A stretch of DNA of 23,277 nt, taken from the NCBI GenBank assembly GCA_002011125.2, contig MTMF02000004.1, positions 1 through 23,277 on the forward strand, written 5' to 3'. The position numbers and the translations under genes are program-made. The notes under the pieces are model-generated. The model was not told the DNA's origin and did not search any database. It saw nothing but the letters and a program-made list of their open reading frames with translations. This document shows positions 1-8,693 of this stretch, piece after piece. The DNA comes from Candidatus Hydrothermarchaeum profundi (GTDB lineage: Archaea; Hydrothermarchaeota; Hydrothermarchaeia; Hydrothermarchaeales; Hydrothermarchaeaceae). Positions within the stretch are counted from its first letter, which is position 1. Each line of letters starts with the position of its first letter.

Positions 1-54
1 ATCCGCAAGGATGGCAAGATAGACCTGAGGTATGCATTCAAGGGGTTGAGGTAG
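1..54 (+). CDS. 3' end of an unidentified gene entering from the left edge (IRKDGKIDLRYAFKGLR*)
   Basis: Frame 1 is open from base 1 to TAG at 52-54. The stop lies in the first bases of the 84-bp repeat. Too short to assign. Confidence 0.4.
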   Translation: MRKDGKIDLRYAFKGLR

Positions 55-132
55 CCTAACCCGCGGAGACGCTCCTTAACCTTTTCTTCATCCTCCTCGC
101 TCAGAAAGTACTCCTCTTCCTCGTTTCTGAGA
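49..132 (-). repeat. 84-bp direct repeat, copy 1; non-functional 3' fragment of the RHH gene (LRNEEEEYFLSEEDEEKVKERLRGLGYL)
   Basis: Gap-free alignment to 18441-18524 with 5 mismatches (69, 105-107, 125). There is an in-frame TAA just upstream on the minus strand, no start codon, and the original TGA is absent. Confidence 0.95.
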
Positions 133-223
133 TTTTAGGATCCTCCCTAGATTCACCACTCAGCGAGCCTTTGCGTTGCACTTGAGCATGAGAAAAGAGG
201 AGGTTCTCGAATTGTCTGCACTT

Positions 224-1741
224 TCAAGACAACTTTAAAATTCTGATACATTCCCTGCTGAACACCTCTTTACCCTCAACCCAGTCGTAGCTCTCGGGCA
301 CAAGTGCGCAGGAATCAATGATTACGTAGCTAACATTGAGATTTTTCAGGCAGGCTGTGCTCCTATTCCCCAAGCATACATTTATTTTTCTCTGCTCCTG
401 CGTCTCAAAGCAGTAATCGAATGCAGGGTCGCAGCCTGTTTTCACCATCTTCCTAGTGACGGCGTTCATAGGGTTACCTATCCTCCCATCCAGCCCAGCG
501 TTCAGCGACCAGTTATATGTGATGTACTGCTTCCAGGGCAGGTAGACCACCTCCCCCTCCATATGGTCCAGAACTCTTCCAGCCTCTTTGTAATCCTCGG
601 GGTAGTCTATTGGATGGAGCTGCCCCGCTAGGAGTATCTGCATGTGGTTGAAGTACAGCAGCACGGCAGCCACCACAAGAAGTATGAGCTTAAACCTCCT
701 ATGCGCTTCTACACCACGGGGAATTAAGTAGGTGTAGCCAAGGAGGGTGAAGTAGGCGAACTTGTGGCTATCCCTAAAGGGCTTGAGGTCAAGGTACTGG
801 ACTGAGAGGGCAAGGATTACACCGAGAAAAATAAGGGAGATGAAGAGGATGTTTCTGCTATCTCTGGGCGCGCTCAGAAAGCCGTGAATGGAGAGGTAGA
901 TCAGCATAGAGACAAAGGCTATAAAAACGTAAAAGGGCACTTCCTCGTATATTCTTTCAACCGCACCCTCCCTCCAGAAGCCGTATAAACCTGCGAGCTT
1001 ACTCGCGCTGTTCAGGTCGAGGCTTGGTTTAGGGTAGAAGAATCGCATATGTTGCTCTGTTACCCCTGCGATTGCAACTGGCTTGAGGAGAGGCACGAAA
1101 GCAAGCCAGTACAGGTTCACTAGCAGTATTGCGATGGAGGCTACGCCTATTTCCCTTATTCCCGCCTCCCTTTTTAAGGCTAAGATGCCAGAGTACAGCA
1201 GGAATATAACAGCGTTGAGTATGAAGAAGTGAGCCTGAAACATCGATACGAAGGTGTACGCAAGCGCTAGTTTAAGCGCTTGCGCGCGCGTGGGCACCCT
1301 GTAGTAGGTGAACAGGTAGTACAGAAAAACAGGTGCTAAGACCGTGGCAGCGACCATTCCAAGCTGCCCGGCAGCGGTTATCCTGAGGTAGACAAAGGGA
1401 TTGTAGAGGAGGAGAAGCACGCCGAGGTACCTCGCCGACCGCCTAACCTCCAGGCTTTTGAAGAGAAAAGCGCCGCCTACCAGGAAGCACGCGAGCAGGA
1501 ACAGCTCACGGAATAAAAAGGGAGAGAGCAGCTTGGAGCCCACGACAGCGAGCACCTGGAAGGGCAGGCTCGCCAGCGATGCAGCACCCCAGGTGTTTGC
1601 CCCACTGAAGACAACTGCAAAGTACCTCTCAGGGTACAGCGGGGGCACGCTGTCGAGATATATCAGCGTCCCCGGCGAGAAGAGGAAGTTACCAAAGGTA
1701 AGGAGGTATACCAGCGCTGCTATAAGGAGCGCATACCTCAA
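224..1741 (-). CDS. Polytopic GT-C-like membrane protein, Rv0226c/MmpA-like (505 aa)
   Basis: Many hydrophobic segments. Acidic first-loop motif YLD, and motifs YNPFVYLR, LAGLYGFW, PFRDSHKF, PIDYPEDY and VVYLPW that I recall from the Rv0226c family. TTG start preceded by GGTGA, 6 nt after the upstream stop. Confidence 0.7.
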   Translation of the reverse strand: MRYALLIAALVYLLTFGNFLFSPGTLIYLDSVPPLYPERYFAVVFSGANTWGAASLASLPFQVLAVVGSKLLSPFLFRELFLLACFLVGGAFLFKSLEVRRSARYLGVLLLLYNPFVYLRITAAGQLGMVAATVLAPVFLYYLFTYYRVPTRAQALKLALAYTFVSMFQAHFFILNAVIFLLYSGILALKREAGIREIGVASIAILLVNLYWLAFVPLLKPVAIAGVTEQHMRFFYPKPSLDLNSASKLAGLYGFWREGAVERIYEEVPFYVFIAFVSMLIYLSIHGFLSAPRDSRNILFISLIFLGVILALSVQYLDLKPFRDSHKFAYFTLLGYTYLIPRGVEAHRRFKLILLVVAAVLLYFNHMQILLAGQLHPIDYPEDYKEAGRVLDHMEGEVVYLPWKQYITYNWSLNAGLDGRIGNPMNAVTRKMVKTGCDPAFDYCFETQEQRKINVCLGNRSTACLKNLNVSYVIIDSCALVPESYDWVEGKEVFSRECIRILKLS

Positions 1742-1747
1742 CCTGTG

Positions 1748-2800
1748 TCACCCCTCCTCCCTTTCCCAGTATTTTAGCAGAAACTTCACAAGCTCCTTCA
1801 CCTCCTGTGAAAACTCATACTCTTCGTCTTTCGTCAATAAAGGCGTCTCCGATTCCAGAGCTTCTTTTACCATGCTTTCTTCAGGTAGTATAGCCAGCAC
1901 AGGCAAAGAGAGCATCTCCTCAAATGCCTCAACGTCTGCGCCGTTCGCCTTGTTTATTACCACTCCAAGCAGTTTTGCCCTGCCTTCAAGCACTCGCTTC
2001 ACATTGTAGGCGTCGGCTATGGAAAGCTTTTCCGGGTTGGCAATTATCAGCACATAGGTATCCTCACCAATAACATCCAGGGCTTCAATGCCAGGAGGGA
2101 AGTCAAGCACTACCACCTCGTAGCTTTGCTTCACCTCCTCTATCACCTTTTTGATTTTCTCCACAGTCTCTTTACTCCTGTATCCATTTTTTATTGGAAG
2201 AGTCGCCAGTATGCTGCAACCATGCTTTCTTACCACAGCTTCCTCCACGCTTCTCTGCTCTTTCAACACTTTGTCCAGCCCCTTTGCATTAACCCCCATT
2301 GCTATGTCAAGGTTGGGCATCGCCAGGTCCAAATCAACCACGAGCACGCGCCTATTCAGCTTCGCAAGGGCAACAGCGAGGTTGCTCGCCAGCGTTGTCT
2401 TGCCAACACCACCCTTACCGGAGGTTACCGCTAGAACCTTGCCTTTGAGCTCCCGCGTTGGTGTGTATTCTTCTTCCTCCCTACTCTCTCTTAGGTACTC
2501 CACCAGGTTTAGAAGCACCCCTACTACGAGGAAATAGTAGGCGTAGATAGCCACGCGGTTGGCTAGGTCTTCTTTGCGCTGTGCAAGCAGCACCGCCGCA
2601 AGCACAAGTGATGCTATTGCGGCAAGCACAGGATAGCGGGCGTCTATCCTGTAGATAAGCGCCGCCAGGAAGTAGAAGGCGAAGACTATCGCAACCCTAG
2701 CCTCTTCGCTGCCCCTGTACTTCAGAAGGAACACAAGGAATGCCACAACAAGCAGCGCCTTTACAGCCTGCTCCCTGTTTATATTATCCAGATAGTTCAT
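1748..2800 (-). CDS. N-terminal membrane domain (about 4 hydrophobic segments) fused to a MinD/ParA-family ATPase (350 aa)
   Basis: Hydrophobic residues ~12-100. Deviant Walker A SGKGGVGKTT, VVDLDLAMPNL, Walker B VVVLDFPPG, and GVVINK. RBS AAGGAGG. Confidence 0.85.
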   Translation of the reverse strand: MNYLDNINREQAVKALLVVAFLVFLLKYRGSEEARVAIVFAFYFLAALIYRIDARYPVLAAIASLVLAAVLLAQRKEDLANRVAIYAYYFLVVGVLLNLVEYLRESREEEEYTPTRELKGKVLAVTSGKGGVGKTTLASNLAVALAKLNRRVLVVDLDLAMPNLDIAMGVNAKGLDKVLKEQRSVEEAVVRKHGCSILATLPIKNGYRSKETVEKIKKVIEEVKQSYEVVVLDFPPGIEALDVIGEDTYVLIIANPEKLSIADAYNVKRVLEGRAKLLGVVINKANGADVEAFEEMLSLPVLAILPEESMVKEALESETPLLTKDEEYEFSQEVKELVKFLLKYWEREEG

Positions 2801-2825
2801 CTTCCTCCTTTCCTCTAATGTGCCA

Positions 2826-2839
2826 CTTTAATAAGTTTC
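2826..2839 (-). promoter_or_regulatory. Candidate BRE-TATA (GAAACTTATTAAAG) for the MinD-fusion/GT-C operon
   Basis: Purine-rich BRE followed by an AT-rich TATA-like box, ~26-39 nt upstream of ATG 2800. Confidence 0.5.
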
Positions 2840-2937
2840 TTGCGCACATAATACAAGAACAATTGTAGCAATCGCCTCGCAGATAAATGTGGCGCTTGTA
2901 TGACCATTTTATCTTTCTCCACTCCCGCAGGCGACGC

Positions 2938-2951
2938 AGTAAATTTATATA
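2938..2951 (+). promoter_or_regulatory. BRE-TATA (AGTAAA-TTTATATA) of the divergent CBM gene
   Basis: Consensus archaeal TATA box at 2944-2951, 37 nt before ATG 2988. Confidence 0.6.
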
Positions 2952-2987
2952 GCGGTAGGATAATTCTATACTGCGAGGGGCGTCTAC

Positions 2988-4484
2988 ATGGACGAACTGG
3001 AGGAGAGGAGAAGGAAGATTAGAGAAAAGATCAAAAGGCGGAGCAGCCCTGAACTTTTCGGCATTGTGCTAGTTGGGTTGATCTTCGCCTTCCTTTTGTT
3101 TACTTCTCTACCCGGCGAGGAGAAAGCGGAGCAGGCACCCGCTACTCCAGCGCCAGAGAAGGCAGGCGTTGAGCAGAAAACTGTCCAGCAGATGCCTCCA
3201 CCTGCTCAGAAACCCGCTGAACAAGCTGCGCAAGAGAAAGAATCACCCGAAAAAACAGCACCAAGCGGTAATGTACCACCGCCAAGAATCGTACTCTCCG
3301 AACCCGAGAACACCACCTACACCACCTCCCTTCCACCCGTGAAATTCAGGGTTTATGGTCCCTACCTAGACACCATATTGCTAAGCATAGACGACGGGGA
3401 GAATATCTCCATACCCCACGATGGCTACATCGCCGAGGTGGAAGCTTCAAGCACCTTTGAGATGTTGAACGAATCCTTCGAAGAAGATAACTCTCTGTCA
3501 GCCTGGTCTGCACCCAAGCGGGGATATACAATCAGCATAGACAGCGAGAGCTATGACGGGAAACGCTCCCTCAAGGTAACAACCACAAGAACCTCAAAAG
3601 ACTGGAGCTGGATTTCCAGAGAGATGGACGTCATCCCCGGAGCGAAGTACAGGATAGTAACGCACGTGAAGGCGGAGAATGTAAAAGGACTGCACATCGC
3701 CATAGACGCTTTCGACGGAAGCAAATGGTTTAGATTAACAAATGTTCCAAGCGGCACCGACGGAACCTTTGACTGGAGGGAGTTTTCAGCTACGGTAAAC
3801 ATCCCAAATAATGTAAGAAAAATAAAAATCCATCTCAACCACGGCTGGTCCCTCGACGGGAGCAACCCAGCTACCGCCTGGTTTGACGGCATAGAGATTC
3901 ACCCATTAACGCGGGTACAAACTTTGAATGAGAAGAAAATCCTCCTACTTCAAAATTTCAGTAACGGCTTACACAACTTAACCCTCTTTGCCAACAACAC
4001 CCTTGCTAATGCCACCTCTCGCACAATCTACTTCACCATCAACGCCACCTCAGAGGAAAAAGAGAAGACCTATACCATCGGCGACACCAGTAGAGCAGGA
4101 AGCCTTGAGGTTACGCTTAAGAGATTTTACGGTATGGTCGATGTTGAAATAGTCAAGAACACGCTCTCAGAGACCTATGCTAGAGTGGACATAGAGGTGA
4201 AAAACATTGGCAATAAAGAGGCTAAGCTTCAGTTCACCCCTTATAATCCAGTGCTAATAGATAACGAGGGAAACACCTACGACTACACCTACGTCAAGAT
4301 AAAGGACGCCGCTGGGAGGTGGGGTACACATCCAGACCAGCTAAAGCTTGATGTCCTCTACCCTGGCGCCACGAGAAAGGGCGCCATCTTCTTCAAGCCA
4401 GATGTCAGCATTAAAGCGAAGAACCTGACCTTAGTGATATACCTGAACGGCGAAAAGTACGAGTTTAAATTTAAGAGATGGTGA
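2988..4484 (+). CDS. Membrane-anchored surface protein: TM anchor, Pro/Ala/Glu linker, Ig-like domain with an inserted CBM4/9-like domain, C-terminal DUF4352-like domain (498 aa)
   Basis: Basic N-terminus plus one TM. NESFE...GTFDW...TAWFDGIEI matches a CBM pattern. VDIEVKNIG...LIDNEGNTY...LYPGATRKGAIFF matches DUF4352. Several N-x-S/T sequons. Confidence 0.7.
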   Translation: MDELEERRRKIREKIKRRSSPELFGIVLVGLIFAFLLFTSLPGEEKAEQAPATPAPEKAGVEQKTVQQMPPPAQKPAEQAAQEKESPEKTAPSGNVPPPRIVLSEPENTTYTTSLPPVKFRVYGPYLDTILLSIDDGENISIPHDGYIAEVEASSTFEMLNESFEEDNSLSAWSAPKRGYTISIDSESYDGKRSLKVTTTRTSKDWSWISREMDVIPGAKYRIVTHVKAENVKGLHIAIDAFDGSKWFRLTNVPSGTDGTFDWREFSATVNIPNNVRKIKIHLNHGWSLDGSNPATAWFDGIEIHPLTRVQTLNEKKILLLQNFSNGLHNLTLFANNTLANATSRTIYFTINATSEEKEKTYTIGDTSRAGSLEVTLKRFYGMVDVEIVKNTLSETYARVDIEVKNIGNKEAKLQFTPYNPVLIDNEGNTYDYTYVKIKDAAGRWGTHPDQLKLDVLYPGATRKGAIFFKPDVSIKAKNLTLVIYLNGEKYEFKFKRW

Positions 4485-7400
4485 GCTTTTTCTTTAGAGC
4501 TTCTAAGTATCCCTTCACCCTCTTCTCCAGCCTTCTCGCCCACCCGTCTCCTCTTTCTCTCCTCCAGTCGTAGAAGAGGTAGCCAACACAACCAATAAAT
4601 GTGATTACGGAGATTATTAACCCCCTCTCAAACCAGTCCTGAGGTTTGTACCTTATTACTATTTCAAGATTACCAGTCTCATTTATCCAGAAGCCGTTTA
4701 TCACAGAGTAGAGCGGGATTGATTTAACAACCTCAATCTTCCTGCCATCTCTGTAAACCCTCGCCTCCCAGAGAGGATCATAAGCTTCTGCAAAGCTGAG
4801 CATGAAGGGTTTTGATGCATTTAATTTTACTTTCCACAAAGTAGGGTTAATTTTCGTATAATTTATTACTTCTGCGGGTTTTTCCGTTACTTCGAAGAGC
4901 TGTTCTATTGTTTGATTTGTTTCTGTTGAATATAGCCAGATAGTGTCTAAAATAGTATTACCTAACGAAATTATTTCAATCTTGCGTTCCCCTTCGTTGA
5001 GATAGAATATTGGAGTATATGTGAAGTTTAGAGAGCTTGAATTTAAAATGAAGGAATGATTTCCAATCTTAACTTTAAATTCTCCTATCCCATTTAGAGC
5101 AATTCTATAGCTTCCATTCTTAAAAACCTCTATATCTTGCCATACCTTGTCATTCTTACCCAATAACAACACCTCTCCGTTATTAGTACTCACATTAACT
5201 TTGATCATCTCTGTATTATTACTTCTGTATAGGTCAGATTCTGATTTAAATAAATATATTAATTTTTTGTTTTGTAAAAGTTTTCCAATTTCTTTTTTAG
5301 CTTTAAAACATTCTTTCTCAGGAATTATTACAAATAAATTGACAGCATTACTTCCTTCTATATTCTCTAGTTTAAGTGTATATTTGCCCTTAGTGAGATA
5401 AATTTTTCCAACTTTTATCCAAACAAATTCTGTTTTGGTTTCGTCTGTTGTATCAATTTTCTTCGAAAAATTGGCTACGCTTATTTTTATCTCTCCACCT
5501 TTGGTGTTCTTCAGAACTCTTGTAAGAATTAGATAATTCGTGTTTTTTTCTATTATTATAGGTATTTCTAGTGAATCTTGATAGTTAGATATGAAAATAA
5601 AACCATATGATATTCTATAGCTAAATTCCCATTTTTGATTAGGAAAAGAATTTATAAAACCATGCCAAATTCCGTGGTGGGGATCAGTTATATATGCTCT
5701 CGACCATTTATCTCTTTGATAAAATCTCGAGTATTGAGCAACTTCAATAATATAATCTTTAGGTATAAATGGCACAGCTAAGTCAATATTATTTTTAAAA
5801 GGTGTTAAAATTATTTTATTTATATAAGACTTATTTAGTAGATTTATCTTAAAAGCATCAGCAAAAAGTATCGGATAATTATTCAGGTATAATATATGTT
5901 TACCGGTTTCTAATCCACCAAAAACTAAAATTGGATCATTTTTTATGCTAATATGATCATCATAATTTTTAATCTCAAATATATAAATAGGATCAAAACT
6001 AGCTACTAATTTAAGATTAGGATTATTTCTCAATTTATATAATGTATCATTAAACTTCTTTTTATACTGAGGTATATCATTATGTAAAAATATATATTTT
6101 ATGTTTAGAGGGGATATAAATTCATGTAAAGCATTGATTTGATCTCTAACAAGAAGAGAATTGTATCTGAAAGATAATGTATATGCATAATAATGTGTCA
6201 TAATATTGTTTCTAGCAAAATATGTTGGTTTTGATGAACCATAATATGTTAGAGCATCAGCACTTTTCCCTTTGGACCATTCAGGCTGATAAGGCCCCCA
6301 AAACTCTGGAATCCATATTACCTTAAAATCATCATCTTGAAGTTGTAGCCATTCATTCGCTTTTTTATATCCTTCTGGTATCTCAATTGGATATAATCTT
6401 CCGGCAACATCACCAGTAAGTAAAGGAGCCGAGGAAAGTAAAATTAAAAATAAAGTAAATAATATTACACAATATCTTATAAAATTTCTATATTTAACAT
6501 CGTATAACTTGTCTAGAATACTTCTAATAGAGAAAGTTAACAGAATAGATAAAGATAATACTACTATTTGGTCTGGAATTCTAGTAGTTCTAAATAATCT
6601 TCCAATAAAATGATTAAATGGCGAATCAAGAACAAACCAGTAAATAAAGTTTTTCGATAGTTTTCCCAAACCAGCAAATAACCCTACAACAATAAGAAAT
6701 AAAAATAAAAAAAACAAAACATATCTATTTTTGTTGTGAAAAAATATAGATAATAAAGCTATCATAGTTAATATTAATCCTGTTGGGACAACTACATATA
6801 TTAAAAAGTCGAAAGGAACATGATCAATATACTTTGGAAGCTGAAAATGAGATGATGCTCTCATAAGATTGATTATATTTCCATTGCTCCAAGTAATATC
6901 AACAGCAGGTTTTGTAAGAGCTGTAGCAACCCCCACTGTAGTACTAGCTATAATACTGAAAAAGAGATAGCCTCCTAGTAATGAAAATACTAAGCATGAA
7001 ATAACAAATATATTTAAACCATTTTTAAGGTTATTGATAAATTTTTTAAGGTTATTATCATACGAGAAAATAAGTAAATAAGGTAATATCACAATTAAAG
7101 GAGCAATTAGATATCTCTGATCAAATGCCGCTGCCTCTACCCACCAGAACCCAGATAATATTGCATACCTATAGCCTTTTTCATAAAGTGCTTTTAAGAA
7201 GAAAAAAATTATAAGTGGAAAAACTGAAAAGGAATATTGTATCCCTATATAGTGTGCATCTCCGACCCTAAAAGATAAATTTAGCATATACATAAGCCCA
7301 GAGAGAAAACAAGCAACAAAACTATTTACAGATTCTTTATTAAAACCAGCAATTTGAAGCATATATCTTGACAAAATAAACATTGAAAAACCAGATAAGG

Positions 7401-7710
7401 TGCAGAATAAAATATATTCCAACTTTATTAATGTTGAAACATCATACCCAAAAATTTTTCCCAAAAAGTAAAATATAGAATGTGGAGAGTATATCCATCC
7501 ACGAGTTGGTTTACTTAGCATTTCGTGCCATGATGGTTCATATACTACATTTTTCAAGAATATATCAAGAGTAGGAGCAAAACTTCCTGCATCTCCAATA
7601 ATTATACCTGGCTTAATAAAATTACGGGATATAAAAAGAGATATAAATAAATATAACCAAAATATATACAACAAATATATAGTTTTGACTTCAAATTTTA
7701 AATTTTTCAT
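4471..7710 (-). CDS. Large GT-C-like membrane glycosyltransferase with extracellular beta-sandwich domains and a C-terminal TM (AftD/YfhO-like architecture, 1079 aa)
   Basis: ~430-aa polytopic N-terminus with IIGD loop motif and LFRT. IPEGYKKANEWL...KVIWIP follows. YfhO-like C-terminus (FMLSFAEAYDPLW...INGFWI...YKPQ) plus TM. Confidence 0.7.
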   Translation of the reverse strand: MKNLKFEVKTIYLLYIFWLYLFISLFISRNFIKPGIIIGDAGSFAPTLDIFLKNVVYEPSWHEMLSKPTRGWIYSPHSIFYFLGKIFGYDVSTLIKLEYILFCTLSGFSMFILSRYMLQIAGFNKESVNSFVACFLSGLMYMLNLSFRVGDAHYIGIQYSFSVFPLIIFFFLKALYEKGYRYAILSGFWWVEAAAFDQRYLIAPLIVILPYLLIFSYDNNLKKFINNLKNGLNIFVISCLVFSLLGGYLFFSIIASTTVGVATALTKPAVDITWSNGNIINLMRASSHFQLPKYIDHVPFDFLIYVVVPTGLILTMIALLSIFFHNKNRYVLFFLFLFLIVVGLFAGLGKLSKNFIYWFVLDSPFNHFIGRLFRTTRIPDQIVVLSLSILLTFSIRSILDKLYDVKYRNFIRYCVILFTLFLILLSSAPLLTGDVAGRLYPIEIPEGYKKANEWLQLQDDDFKVIWIPEFWGPYQPEWSKGKSADALTYYGSSKPTYFARNNIMTHYYAYTLSFRYNSLLVRDQINALHEFISPLNIKYIFLHNDIPQYKKKFNDTLYKLRNNPNLKLVASFDPIYIFEIKNYDDHISIKNDPILVFGGLETGKHILYLNNYPILFADAFKINLLNKSYINKIILTPFKNNIDLAVPFIPKDYIIEVAQYSRFYQRDKWSRAYITDPHHGIWHGFINSFPNQKWEFSYRISYGFIFISNYQDSLEIPIIIEKNTNYLILTRVLKNTKGGEIKISVANFSKKIDTTDETKTEFVWIKVGKIYLTKGKYTLKLENIEGSNAVNLFVIIPEKECFKAKKEIGKLLQNKKLIYLFKSESDLYRSNNTEMIKVNVSTNNGEVLLLGKNDKVWQDIEVFKNGSYRIALNGIGEFKVKIGNHSFILNSSSLNFTYTPIFYLNEGERKIEIISLGNTILDTIWLYSTETNQTIEQLFEVTEKPAEVINYTKINPTLWKVKLNASKPFMLSFAEAYDPLWEARVYRDGRKIEVVKSIPLYSVINGFWINETGNLEIVIRYKPQDWFERGLIISVITFIGCVGYLFYDWRRERGDGWARRLEKRVKGYLEALKKKLTIS

Positions 7711-7775
7711 AACTATTACTCCTTTATACTATAACAAGTAAATCTGCTGAAAAAATTTTTGTGGTTTAACTCCAT

Positions 7776-7923
7776 TTGGCACAACCACAACGCTGATTAT
7801 ATGAAAAGTTTTTTTCATGTCGTGGCCGATATTGGTTGATGCCAAGTGTCTTGGGCAGCCGTTAAGTTGACTGATCTTAAGACCCTATTGCTGATTGTTG
7901 CCCAAGACAACCAAAACCTTGGG
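7776..7923. repeat. Cluster of interlocking inverted repeats upstream of the large GT-C gene
   Basis: TTGGCACAACCA 7776-7787 / TGGTTGATGCCAA 7833-7845 (1 bulge). ATGAAAA 7801-7807 / TTTTCAT 7812-7818. TGTCTTGGGCA 7847-7857 / TGCCCAAGACA 7899-7909. CCCAAG 7901-7906 / CTTGGG 7918-7923. Confidence 0.7.
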
Positions 7924-8268
7924 CTTCGAACCCTCATGGATATTTGTCCTTTGCTCAGACCTGACATCGCGACACCTGCACAGGAGGTGGTCGTTATATA
8001 TGTAGGTGTTGGATGTGCATGAAAATTTGTGCTATGCCACGTTTATAGATGAATTTAATTGAAGAAACGTTGAAATTTTCCAACATCGGAGGAGGATGAG
8101 TCAGTTTGTATCAGCGCTTAGAAGCGATGATTCAGTTGTAATGGAGGCAAAATCGGAAAGTAAAGAAAAACTGAGCAAATCTGTCACAACTCCTATAAGC
8201 AGGGTAGCTTTAATGCTCATGTATTAGTAGCATTATTTTTCATTATTTTTCTCTCTTGAGTTTAAAGC

Positions 8269-8547
8269 GTGATTAGTGACTTAAAGGAGAATGGAAACCT
8301 TCAGATTTTCGCAGGTGGTGTAGATTTAGATGTGGAGCAGATATACGAATCTCTGTCGCGATTCAATGGGAGGACTTTTATCAACTTTCTCTATAGCGTT
8401 CAGAGTAGCGTTTACTTTCGAAAGATGAGGTCACCAGCGAAAATTGAAGATTTCGTCCCTCGGACTTAAATCTCTTCAGAGGCTAAAAAGCAAGCTATAG
8501 TAGGTATTCCTAGGGTAGGAAGGTTCATTATCCTTTCCCGACGCTGA
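8269..8547 (+). pseudogene. Possible decayed P-loop NTPase fragment
   Basis: The 66-aa ORF continues in frame past TAA 8467-8469 as ...EDFVPRT*ISSEAKKQAIVGIPRVGRF, loosely resembling an FVxR...hhhGxxxxGK ATPase N-terminus. Confidence 0.25.
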
Positions 8548-8693
8548 GAAACAAAAAACTGAAAAATTGATAAATTCATCGCTTTGATCGTACTTTTTCT
8601 GGGGACAATAATTTCTCATAAAATAAAAAACAGAAACTACAGACGCTGGCTAAGAGATATAAGATTTCTTTAATTAAATCTACACAATTATTT

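Noticed and set aside
1748-2800. Calling the ATPase a cell-division MinD or a Wzc tyrosine kinase
   Set aside because: No minC or minE nearby and it has an integral membrane domain. It keeps the MinD signature lysine and lacks a Tyr-cluster tail.
7764-7867. Integron attC-like site (GTTTAAC ... GTTAAGT around a hairpin)
   Set aside because: Arms are out of register (5 versus 15 nt spacers), there is only one copy, no integrase is present, and the adjacent gene orientation does not fit a cassette.
7915-7935. tRNA T-arm-like GAGGGTTCGAAGCCC on the minus strand
   Set aside because: Only 3 bp of stem, and no acceptor, D or anticodon arms can be built.
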